From an uncultured virus (IMG/VR IMGVR_UViG_3300050821_013558) (lineage: Duplodnaviria > Heunggongvirae > Uroviricota > Caudoviricetes): a DNA stretch of 64,000 bases. Location: the IMG/VR virus record IMGVR_UViG_3300050821_013558; one strand, given 5' to 3'. The position numbers and the translations under genes were made by a program. Below are positions 45,052 to 52,812 of this stretch, piece after piece. The notes beneath the pieces are model-generated. The model did not search any database. It saw only the letters and a list, made by a program, of their open reading frames with translations, and had not been told where the DNA came from. Position 1 is the stretch's first letter, and every line of letters starts with the position of its first letter.

Positions 45052-46020
45052 GTGAACAACGATGATCGAGCAACGAGGGACTCAATTGCTGATTTCCTTT
45101 CCAACGGAACAGGCGGCAAGTCAAGCCCGGCAGTGGATGGAAATGGCGGTGATCCCGTGGCTGCCGATGGTAAGCCAGCAACAACCCCCCGCACCCGCCA
45201 GCTCCGAACCTCCTTCCGAACAGCAGCGTTCGAATCACGTCCTCTTGACGGACGACCGGTTGGAGGCTCTCTCGAACCAGCGAGCCCAGGGCCTGACGGC
45301 GCACCAGCGACTGCTGCGCGCGCAAAGCACTTTAAGGGATGGCGTACTTCCCTTCAGCAAACCGGGGGAAGCCCCTCAACCGACAAACCAGTCCAGCCCG
45401 CGGATGCGAGCGCAGCAGGAGGGCGGGTTCGCGGACGGGGAGCTGCGGAGCCCGGACCCGCAGCCGAAGGCGACCGCACTACGGCCAGCAGCGCTGGCCG
45501 ACGGGGCCGTCCAAAGAAAGACCAGACTCAGGCCATCCCCAAGCTCCCTAAAGCCATCGCAAAGTTGATTCCGAGGAACGGGGGAGATGTCGCTTCTGTT
45601 GCGTCTTTGTCAAAACTCGTCCCCACCGAGACTGAGCGATCGAGTGCCACCCGTCTCTTCCGCGAGATCGGCGAGACGTTCAACAAGAACCGGAAGAAGT
45701 CGAAGACAGCGGCCTACGCCGCCTTCCGTCACGACTTGATGGCGAATCTCGATACCCTGATCATGGGTGGCGCGATCGATCTGAAGGAAGCGACCACGAT
45801 CATCACTAATCTCGAGCAGTACACCAAAGAGACCGAAGCGGAATCGACCGAGACCCCAGCGACGATCCTGGGCCGTTGGTTGCGGATGGACGCGGTTGAG
45901 GTGGTTGGACTTTCGGTTGAGACTGTGGAAGAAGTTGTGGAAGATGAGGAAAACTCAGGAGAAGAGATTGACGAGTTGGATTCTCTTCCCGATCCACTCC
46001 ATGCAACAGACGGCCATTGA
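45052..46020 (+). CDS. Hypothetical protein: disordered N-half, helical core, acidic tail (possible small terminase)
   Basis: Follows terL; GTG start; function inferred from position only. Confidence 0.55.
   Translation: MNNDDRATRDSIADFLSNGTGGKSSPAVDGNGGDPVAADGKPATTPRTRQLRTSFRTAAFESRPLDGRPVGGSLEPASPGPDGAPATAARAKHFKGWRTSLQQTGGSPSTDKPVQPADASAAGGRVRGRGAAEPGPAAEGDRTTASSAGRRGRPKKDQTQAIPKLPKAIAKLIPRNGGDVASVASLSKLVPTETERSSATRLFREIGETFNKNRKKSKTAAYAAFRHDLMANLDTLIMGGAIDLKEATTIITNLEQYTKETEAESTETPATILGRWLRMDAVEVVGLSVETVEEVVEDEENSGEEIDELDSLPDPLHATDGH
45062..45568 (+). CDS. Possible overprinted ORF (168 aa) in +1 frame
   Basis: GAGGTG SD 7 nt before ATG. Confidence 0.4.
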   Translation: MIEQRGTQLLISFPTEQAASQARQWMEMAVIPWLPMVSQQQPPAPASSEPPSEQQRSNHVLLTDDRLEALSNQRAQGLTAHQRLLRAQSTLRDGVLPFSKPGEAPQPTNQSSPRMRAQQEGGFADGELRSPDPQPKATALRPAALADGAVQRKTRLRPSPSSLKPSQS

Positions 46021-47622
46021 GTTTCCAAGGGCCTTGTATCGTGGCCCGTCCGCTGTTTTCTTGTTTATTTTGGTGTAGCCATCGGGAAATTTCTGAAGGC
46101 GTTCGCATTCCGTTGGGGTAAGACGACGGACTTGCATGGCAGCTACGTAGCTTCTGCTGCTGCCTCCGCTGGCCGAACGCAACGAAGCCTGGTCGGCCAT
46201 TTCAGGTTGTGATCCGCCTTCGCGGCCACGGAGGTTGAAAGCCACCGCCTGCGGCACTTGCCGCGCTTCGACTGTGTACGCCAACCCGTCTTCCCGCACA
46301 CCCACGCCATCGGGACCGGCCAGTGGATTCTCGCAGATGGCGCGTTCCTGAATTGCGATGGCGATCTGCCCCCCGGCATTCGCATGGCTGCCGGAGAAGT
46401 TCATGGAGCGGAGAGTCGGAGCGATTTCGCCGGAGTCGAGGCCCGAGTCTTTACAGGAGAAGGCGATTGTTTGAGCACGCTTTGTGTCTAAAGGCAATGC
46501 GCAGTCCTCAAGTGTCGGGCATGAGGGGGGAGCCCACTCAGATCCTCCTTGAGCCATACCCGTGAATGCAATTGCCACCGGCACTAGCGGCGTCCCCCTT
46601 CCCGTTTCGTCTTCCGAGGCGTCGAATCCGTCGGCGCGGAGGGAGTGAGTGACCAGGGTGCTTTCCCTGGCTCCCCCTTGTCCTTGAAGATTGCCTTTAC
46701 GAATTGTTGTCGCTTCTTTTGCTTCGTTCCACCAGCCAGCGCCGGTTTCGTTGAAGGTTTCCTGCGGCACAAGGACTGCGGGGAACCTATTTTTCTCGGG
46801 CATCATCTGGCCCTTCTGCAGCACAGCATCAAGAGTCTGGCTTACCTGTCCGCCGTCCCACCACGAAGGCTCTAGCTCAGCAGGTCTTCCAGTGTTGGCG
46901 ACAAGTCCTCCGTCGCAGTCGAAGTCGGTTCCGAGGCCACCGCCAGCAGAGCGTCGCGAAGGGATGGTGGGAGCGCCTTGCCCCTTTTCTCTGCTCGGCG
47001 GAGAATTCCCTTGCAGGCTTTGGCGCTCAAAAAGAACCGGCGGTCGACTTTGCCAGTCTCCAGAATCTCGGACAAGGAAGACGCGACGGCGCCGTTGCGG
47101 AACTCCGAACCATTGCGCGTCCAGAACTGTCCACTCGACGAGTCCTCGGGGTCCAAGAGCCACTCCGGTGTTTTGCCATTTGTTTTTGGGTACAGCAAAT
47201 TCGGTTCCAGCCAGTTCTCCAACCACTGCCGCAAAGTCAAGTCCTGAGTTGGAAGAAAACAGTCCGGGGACGTTTTCTGCGATAGTCCAGCGAGTTCCCC
47301 AGAGTCCATGGCAGATTTCGACGATTCGCATGGCTTCAAAGAAGAGTCCACTACGTGATCCTTTCAATCCGGCGCGTTTGCCGGCGACCGATAAATCCTG
47401 GCAGGGAAACCCAAAGACGACGGCATCGACAGGGCCGATCGCAATCAGCATTTCACGGGTGATTCCACACACGTTGCCCAGGTTCGGTACGTCTGGGTGA
47501 TGATGTTTCAGAACGGCGCAGGGGAATTTGTCGATTTCGGCTACTGCGGCACAGACCCAACCCAGGCGAATCCAGGCTACGCTTGCGGCCTCGATTCCGC
47601 TGAACAAACTGATAAAACGCAT
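45955..47622 (-). CDS. C5 cytosine DNA methyltransferase
   Basis: SLFSGIE, GFPCQDLS, ENVPG, QRRRRVFLV, RRLTPTECERLQ, YKALGNS. Confidence 0.95.
   Translation of the reverse strand: MRFISLFSGIEAASVAWIRLGWVCAAVAEIDKFPCAVLKHHHPDVPNLGNVCGITREMLIAIGPVDAVVFGFPCQDLSVAGKRAGLKGSRSGLFFEAMRIVEICHGLWGTRWTIAENVPGLFSSNSGLDFAAVVGELAGTEFAVPKNKWQNTGVALGPRGLVEWTVLDAQWFGVPQRRRRVFLVRDSGDWQSRPPVLFERQSLQGNSPPSREKGQGAPTIPSRRSAGGGLGTDFDCDGGLVANTGRPAELEPSWWDGGQVSQTLDAVLQKGQMMPEKNRFPAVLVPQETFNETGAGWWNEAKEATTIRKGNLQGQGGARESTLVTHSLRADGFDASEDETGRGTPLVPVAIAFTGMAQGGSEWAPPSCPTLEDCALPLDTKRAQTIAFSCKDSGLDSGEIAPTLRSMNFSGSHANAGGQIAIAIQERAICENPLAGPDGVGVREDGLAYTVEARQVPQAVAFNLRGREGGSQPEMADQASLRSASGGSSRSYVAAMQVRRLTPTECERLQKFPDGYTKINKKTADGPRYKALGNSMAVCCMEWIGKRIQLVNLFS
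46872..47351 (-). CDS. Nested out-of-frame ORF resembling the M.EcoHK31I beta polypeptide
   Basis: KTSPDC...GQFWTRN.SE...SSLSEILET...FFLS.KACKGILRRAEKRGKALP. Confidence 0.7.
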   Translation of the reverse strand: MDSSLKPCESSKSAMDSGELAGLSQKTSPDCFLPTQDLTLRQWLENWLEPNLLYPKTNGKTPEWLLDPEDSSSGQFWTRNGSEFRNGAVASSLSEILETGKVDRRFFLSAKACKGILRRAEKRGKALPPSLRDALLAVASEPTSTATEDLSPTLEDLLS

Positions 47623-47663
47623 GATGGGAGTTTATTGCAAACTTTCATCTATGTCCACAACAT

Positions 47664-47710
47664 TCTTAGTGTTATGGCGTAAAAGTCCACTCCCTACCCA
47701 CACATAATAT
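47664..47710 (+). promoter_or_regulatory. Putative late promoter
   Basis: TCTTAGTGTTATGG, 27 nt, TAATAT; 14-mer identical at 52058. Confidence 0.55.
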
Positions 47711-47735
47711 CCTTCCAACCAGCAGAGGGATACGC

Positions 47736-47933
47736 ATGTCTGAGACTGCCCGCGCAAAATATCAGGACTCCGGAGCCCCGCCTGAGTTCCGCTCTTCCCT
47801 CCCCCAGAATCCGCGCAAGGAATACAATTCCGCCGAAGCTCGTCCTTCAGGGCGCTCCGGTGGCGGGTCGGTTTCGACTCCCCATCGTGTGTCCAGTTCC
47901 CGCCGTGGGAAGAGAAAGTCGGCGCGCGCATGA
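47736..47933 (+). CDS. Small basic protein with Arg/Lys tail
   Basis: GAGGG SD; ends SSSRRGKRKSARA. Confidence 0.6.
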   Translation: MSETARAKYQDSGAPPEFRSSLPQNPRKEYNSAEARPSGRSGGGSVSTPHRVSSSRRGKRKSARA

Positions 47934-48241
47934 TGGACGATCCGGAAGTTACAATCGAGCCTGCCGACAACGGCTACATCGTCAAGCACTACCAGCGCTC
48001 GACCAAGAAGGACGAAAGCGGACGCACTATCCGCCGCGTTGCATCGACTGCTGACGAAGCGCTGGGGCACGCAGGCAAGGTGCTCAGCACCAGGGCCGGC
48101 AAAAAGAAATCGTCTCGGGATGGGCAAGCTCAAGAAGCGGGGGCGGAGGCTTCATCCCCCGTTGCCCATTCCTTCGGTGGTCATCGTTCTCGCGGCTTAG
48201 CCAGGCGTCGCCGCCCTCGCGTCGGCGGAAGGAGAGCCTGA
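47930..48241 (+). CDS. Small protein with Arg-rich tail
   Basis: VTIEPADNGYIV; ends LARRRRPRVGGRRA. Confidence 0.65.
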   Translation: MMDDPEVTIEPADNGYIVKHYQRSTKKDESGRTIRRVASTADEALGHAGKVLSTRAGKKKSSRDGQAQEAGAEASSPVAHSFGGHRSRGLARRRRPRVGGRRA

Positions 48242-48244
48242 TCC

Positions 48245-48514
48245 ATGCCACAGGATAATCCTGCTGCGGACACTCTTCTGGCGATTCCTCGTATGCTGGG
48301 CCGGATAGGCAACCGCTACGACCCGCCTGCCCCTGCGCGCGTAGATCCTTCTTGGCACAACGATATGGTTCAGCAGGCCAATCGATCGTTTCAGGCGAGA
48401 CAGGACGCTGAACGGGCTGCTGCGGCAGCAGCGGCAGCGGCGCCTGCGGCTGCGCGATCCGCGAAGCGAGTTCCGAAGCGCACTCCAGCGCGGCCGGTGG
48501 CGAAGCGGAGGTAG
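48245..48514 (+). CDS. Small protein with Ala run and basic tail
   Basis: AAGGAG SD; ends RSAKRVPKRTPARPVAKRR. Confidence 0.6.
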   Translation: MPQDNPAADTLLAIPRMLGRIGNRYDPPAPARVDPSWHNDMVQQANRSFQARQDAERAAAAAAAAAPAAARSAKRVPKRTPARPVAKRR

Positions 48515-48518
48515 AATC

Positions 48519-48704
48519 GTGCCATGGCGAGCCAGCGACGTTTCGAAACACAACAAGTCGGTAAAATCACCAAAACGTAAAAGACAGTGGAGTGAAATCG
48601 CGAATTCCATCCTCGAGCGGACAGGCTCGGATTCGCGTGCAATTCGTGGCGCGAACGCCGCAGTGAAGAAGTCTCAGGCCCGTCGTACCAGAAAGAGGGC
48701 GTAA
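48519..48704 (+). CDS. ChaB-like small basic protein
   Basis: MPW...QWSEIANSIL...D.RAIRGANAAVKK; ends QARRTRKRA; GGAGG SD. Confidence 0.6.
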   Translation: MPWRASDVSKHNKSVKSPKRKRQWSEIANSILERTGSDSRAIRGANAAVKKSQARRTRKRA

Positions 48705-48706
48705 CC

Positions 48707-49045
48707 ATGATTTCTCGTTTCCGTAAAATCGTTGTTTTCTTCGTTGTAGTTTTATTCTGCGCTCTGGCAGCGTGGGCTACGACTCCGCGTTTGATCCAGG
48801 TCACTCTCGGCACAGGTGCGACGCAGATAGTTGTCACATCCACTTACTTTAATCAAATGACAATTCAGAACAACGCCACGCACAACATCCGATACGGCGA
48901 TTCCACGGTCTCGTCTACCAAAGGGATTCTCCTTACTCCCGGTGGTGCCGGCAGCACAGGTACGGTCTCAGGACAACAGGGAGACGCGAGTCAGTTCTAC
49001 ATCGCTGGAACGAGCGGCGACGTAATTGATGTGCTTGTGTGGTAA
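48707..49045 (+). CDS. Beta-sandwich protein with signal-peptide-like N-terminus
   Basis: RFRK + hydrophobic run + AWA; IQNN...IRYGDSTVS...GILL.PG. Confidence 0.6.
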   Translation: MISRFRKIVVFFVVVLFCALAAWATTPRLIQVTLGTGATQIVVTSTYFNQMTIQNNATHNIRYGDSTVSSTKGILLTPGGAGSTGTVSGQQGDASQFYIAGTSGDVIDVLVW

Positions 49046-49073
49046 AGGGATGCTACGATAGGAGGCGAGTCCC

Positions 49074-49322
49074 ATGGCAACCAAACATAAGTTTGCGCGC
49101 GGCGAGTGGAATCCGGTGCATCCGTCCAAAAAAGGTGCGGAGACGGCCAAGGCCAAACGCCGTGGAGTTTCCTTGCACCAGCAGGCGGAAAAAGATTCTC
49201 ACAGCAGCGATCCGAAAGTTCGCGGCCGTGGCGTATTTGCGTTGAACGCTCAGGCGGGGAAGTTCCACCATCGGACTGGTCTGAAGAAGGCAACGCGACG
49301 CCGTAGCCGGTCGCGCGCATAG
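49074..49322 (+). CDS. Small basic protein with Arg/Ser tail
   Basis: AGGAGG SD; ends KKATRRRSRSRA. Confidence 0.7.
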   Translation: MATKHKFARGEWNPVHPSKKGAETAKAKRRGVSLHQQAEKDSHSSDPKVRGRGVFALNAQAGKFHHRTGLKKATRRRSRSRA

Positions 49323-49324
49323 GT

Positions 49325-49939
49325 TTACGAGAGTATATTCGTGAGCGCCGCGCACATACGCTTCTTGCGAATTACCTTGATTGGAAAGTGATTGGTGCCC
49401 GGAATGGTGAGGGCTTCTTCGACGGTCCATCCGCCGCGGTCGATGCGATTTTTAACTGTCATAAAAGGCAAGCCGATTGTGCGCGCCCATTCTGAAATAC
49501 ATTTCGTTTCTCCATGAAATGTGAGTAGGTGATTGCTTTTCAAGTTTTGGTTTTGTTCTCGTCGTGTAGCCCATCGACAATTTCCTTTGAAGTACCCGAG
49601 AGATCCGTTGATTCTATCGAGGCTTTTTCCAATCGGACGTTCTCCGAGGTCAGAAAGAAAAGCCTCGAACGATTCGCTCCATTCTTTTGAGACAGTGATG
49701 CCTGCGCCTCCGTATTTTGGAAAATCCGTGTAGTTTGGGTTGGTGCACCGTTGGAGCATCATTGCCCAGCTTCTGTAAGTACGACTCCTGGATTTTCCAT
49801 GGGTTGGGTTATTAAACTTGGCGCTGCATGAAACAGAGCAGAATTCGCCCAAGCCACGCTTAATGCGGTAGGGGTGCACGTAGAATTCTTTGTTACAGTA
49901 TTTGCAGTAACGCAGTACACTTGATTTTGGGGGTGTCAT
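49325..49939 (-). CDS. HNH-like homing endonuclease, antisense insertion
   Basis: THG.S.SRTYRSW..M.QRC, YGGAGITV..EW..SFEAFL.D.GERP..KSLDRI...GY..GNCRWAT. Confidence 0.85.
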   Translation of the reverse strand: MTPPKSSVLRYCKYCNKEFYVHPYRIKRGLGEFCSVSCSAKFNNPTHGKSRSRTYRSWAMMLQRCTNPNYTDFPKYGGAGITVSKEWSESFEAFLSDLGERPIGKSLDRINGSLGYFKGNCRWATRREQNQNLKSNHLLTFHGETKCISEWARTIGLPFMTVKNRIDRGGWTVEEALTIPGTNHFPIKVIRKKRMCAALTNILS

Positions 49940-50045
49940 GGTCGCTCCTTGTCAGCGGCTAGGCTTTGCCGGTGCTTCAACACCGACACTCCCCATCGTA
50001 TCACAAAGAAAAGTGCTATGCTGATGAACAAAAGAGGGTAAGGCC

Positions 50046-51818
50046 ATCGCAAACATTACGTTCATCGGAACTGCTCGAAAGTCCGCGAAGCAGGAGCATA
50101 TAGATCCGAGGGCAAGACATATCCGCGAATGGCGAGAGGCTTCAGATTCAGCCCGCAACAAGGCTCTTGGGGAATCCTTCGCCAAGAATGCTGAAGACCT
50201 TTATAATCTTTCCGATGCGATGACCCCCGGTCCGGTCTACAGGCCCTCGTTGTCCATTCCGATGCTGCAGCGAATCATGCTTGAAGAGGCTAATCAAGTC
50301 TCGAATCTTTCTCCTCGCATGTATGTGTTTCCGTCTGCCGGTTCTTCTGATCCTTCTTACCAAGGTGCGCAGCAAGCGGATTCTTCTCTTCCCTCATCGT
50401 CTGCGCGCGATCTGGCGCGAGAGGTTTCACTTCAAGCTCAGTGGCAGATCAGTAAAATGAATCTGCATCTCCTGATGGCAGGGCTGACTGCGCGATACTG
50501 CGGAGCTGGCTGGATCGTCGCTGGGTTTGATCCGAATCTTTCGCGTGCGCGCGGCGGTATGTGGGCTCGTTCGATGGACCCTCGCATGGTCTTCTTCGAT
50601 CCCAACACGGACTATACTTGGAATCCTTCTTTCGCTGGCTGGTCTATGGGGATGAATTTGGAGGATATCCGGCTCAAATGGCCGGAGACCTCGCGTGCGG
50701 TTCAACCGCGTCGTACCAGCGGAGGCTTTCAACCATTTTCTGGCGACTCCGGTTACGGGATCTCGCAGCCCCCAGGGCCTATGTCGTCGATGCCTTCTTC
50801 TCCCGGTCAGAATGCGAAGACACAATCTTCTGACTCAATGCTGTTGGTAACCCACTGCTTTTGTCGCGACTACACACGCGAGGCTGTTGAGAAGCCTGAT
50901 GTACCGACTACGTCTTTGATCGATCCAGAAGTTCGGCTCAAATATCCGAATGGCCGTTGGTTGATAGAGTGCGAAGGCGTTGTGCTTCAAGACGGCGACA
51001 ATCCATATCCTCCACGTCGCGACATCACAGCGCCGAGATTTCCGTTGTTTGTAAATTACACATTGCCTCCTCTCTTCGGTCCATGGGGGATTCCCGTCAC
51101 GCGCATGACTGAGAATATGCAGAGGCTTGCTCAGCGGTTTTATTCGCAAATCTTCGAGAATGGTCTGCGTATGAACAACGCGCTATGGATTATAGATGAA
51201 AATACTGGAGTGGATATCGACGGTTTTGGAGGTCTGCCCGGTGAGGTCGTGACAATCAAGCCGGGCAGCCGGCCGCCTCAGCCGATTACTCCCAGTGCGA
51301 TCGGCGCGGGCGCCATGCAAGGCGCCGAGAAACTTCTCGCGCTGCAGAACGACGTGCTTGGATTCTCAGCTTCCCGGCAGGGCGATCCAGGCGCCGGCAA
51401 CGTGTCGACTGATTTATTCGATTCAGCGGTTTTGCAATCGTCGGGATTGCTGCAATTGGCTGGACGATTTTTGTCGGAGACGGCGCAGATGGTTGGAGAA
51501 TTTTTCTTCGACAGCATGTGTCGGTACATGGACAAGAGCAATCTTCCTTACCGTGGACCCGAGGGAATTACCCTCGCTTCATGGGCGGGCATGGTTGATC
51601 CTTCGACCTACGATGTGGCGCTCGACGAAGCTTCAGTGCGGCCACTCAGCGAAGCGATCGTCCGAAAAATTACGCCAGACTTGATGAAATCTGGAGTCGT
51701 AGGACCGGAGCGCGGGCTGCGGACTTTGGGTTACCCCGATCCCGAGGGAATTGCTTCGGAGCAACAAACGCAGCAGGCCCTGGCCGCGCTGGCTAAAGTT
51801 CGGAGTGGGCGCAAATGA
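50046..51818 (+). CDS. Portal protein (start probably ATC 50046; first ATG 50220)
   Basis: Size and position between terL and scaffold/capsid; MDPRMVFFDP, PWGIP..R..E.MQR, PGEVV. Confidence 0.75.
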   Translation: MANITFIGTARKSAKQEHIDPRARHIREWREASDSARNKALGESFAKNAEDLYNLSDAMTPGPVYRPSLSIPMLQRIMLEEANQVSNLSPRMYVFPSAGSSDPSYQGAQQADSSLPSSSARDLAREVSLQAQWQISKMNLHLLMAGLTARYCGAGWIVAGFDPNLSRARGGMWARSMDPRMVFFDPNTDYTWNPSFAGWSMGMNLEDIRLKWPETSRAVQPRRTSGGFQPFSGDSGYGISQPPGPMSSMPSSPGQNAKTQSSDSMLLVTHCFCRDYTREAVEKPDVPTTSLIDPEVRLKYPNGRWLIECEGVVLQDGDNPYPPRRDITAPRFPLFVNYTLPPLFGPWGIPVTRMTENMQRLAQRFYSQIFENGLRMNNALWIIDENTGVDIDGFGGLPGEVVTIKPGSRPPQPITPSAIGAGAMQGAEKLLALQNDVLGFSASRQGDPGAGNVSTDLFDSAVLQSSGLLQLAGRFLSETAQMVGEFFFDSMCRYMDKSNLPYRGPEGITLASWAGMVDPSTYDVALDEASVRPLSEAIVRKITPDLMKSGVVGPERGLRTLGYPDPEGIASEQQTQQALAALAKVRSGRK

Positions 51819-52051
51819 CGGAATCAACGATTGCAAACAAAGAGTCCGAGCCTGTCCGATCTGTTCCATCTCATGCTTGGCGATCCCACTGGTTGACTGT
51901 TCAAGAATTTGCACGTGTGACGGGCCGTGATCCTCAGACTGTTTACTGGTGGATCGGAAACGGAACTTTAGCCGAATTCGGAGTTCCGGTGTGCCAGTTC
52001 CGCGGCAGCAGGCTGCATTCGGGCAGGACGTTTATCTTAAATATCTACTGA
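51815..52051 (+). CDS. Excisionase-like HTH protein, candidate late regulator
   Basis: WLTVQEFARVTGRDPQTVYWWIGNGTL. Confidence 0.7.
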   Translation: MTESTIANKESEPVRSVPSHAWRSHWLTVQEFARVTGRDPQTVYWWIGNGTLAEFGVPVCQFRGSRLHSGRTFILNIY

Positions 52052-52057
52052 TTCGGC

Positions 52058-52105
52058 TCTTAGTGTTATGGAACCTGTCTAGTATTCCCCTCCCATCGCT
52101 AATAT
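52058..52105 (+). promoter_or_regulatory. Putative late promoter
   Basis: TCTTAGTGTTATGG, 28 nt, TAATAT. Confidence 0.55.
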
Positions 52106-52166
52106 TCTTTCTCCAATCACACATTCACCCGGCATTCGTGCTCGTGCTTGTGTAAAGGAGAACATC

Positions 52167-52205
52167 ATGGCTCGTCGTCATCGCAAGGAAAAGAAACGGA
52201 AGTAA
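52167..52205 (+). CDS. 12-aa basic micropeptide MARRHRKEKKRK
   Basis: AAGGAG SD 6 nt upstream; GAAA-loop hairpin after stop. Confidence 0.55.
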   Translation: MARRHRKEKKRK

Positions 52206-52294
52206 TCTGGCGGCGGAGAGAAATCTTCGCCTGACCTGATCTACCTCCCTGTCGTCCGTCGTCGCATCAACTCCCGAAAGGAGCCTCAGTCCAG

Positions 52295-52420
52295 ATGGCC
52301 GGAACCCCTCGAATCAAAGCTTCCAGCGTCGTCAAAGACTTTGGCCAGCCCCGGAAGTTTCTGCGTGACATGCGGGCAAAGGCCGCTAAGAATTCCCGCA
52401 AAGGATCGAAGCGGACCTAG
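52295..52420 (+). CDS. 41-aa basic peptide MAGTPRIK...NSRKGSKRT
   Basis: AAGGAG SD; 13 of 41 residues K/R. Confidence 0.55.
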   Translation: MAGTPRIKASSVVKDFGQPRKFLRDMRAKAAKNSRKGSKRT

Positions 52421-52515
52421 CTCATCCCGGAGACGGTGCTGTTGCCCTTCGCACCCCGTCTTCTTAGCCAGCAGCGACACCTGTCGTTGCAACCCGGAGC
52501 GAAGGAGGCTCGACG

Positions 52516-52572
52516 ATGGCTTCTCGTGGTGGTAGACGATCTAAGCGTCGGCGCGCCGCCGTTCGTAGGTAG
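52516..52572 (+). CDS. 18-aa protamine-like micropeptide MASRGGRRSKRRRAAVRR
   Basis: AAGGAGG SD 7 nt upstream; hairpin after stop. Confidence 0.6.
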   Translation: MASRGGRRSKRRRAAVRR

Positions 52573-52734
52573 AGGGAACTTAGGTTCCTTTTGTTCGACG
52601 GCGGCGGTGAGAACTGGTGGGGGACTAGAATTCACCCCGCTTGCCGAAAGCGGTCGATGCGCAAGACAGGAGGAAGGCCGGAGCCGGGGAAACCCGCTTC
52701 GGCTCAACTCCCAACTTAAACTTTGGAGCAGAAC

Positions 52735-52803
52735 ATGAAAAGCTGCAAGATCATGAAGATGACCCGGAACGTGGATCGCAGGGTCGGCGGGAAGCGGAAG
52801 TAG
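52735..52803 (+). CDS. 22-aa basic micropeptide MKSCKIMKMTRNVDRRVGGKRK
   Basis: GGAG SD 6 nt upstream. Confidence 0.5.
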   Translation: MKSCKIMKMTRNVDRRVGGKRK

Positions 52804-52812
52804 AGGACTTCG

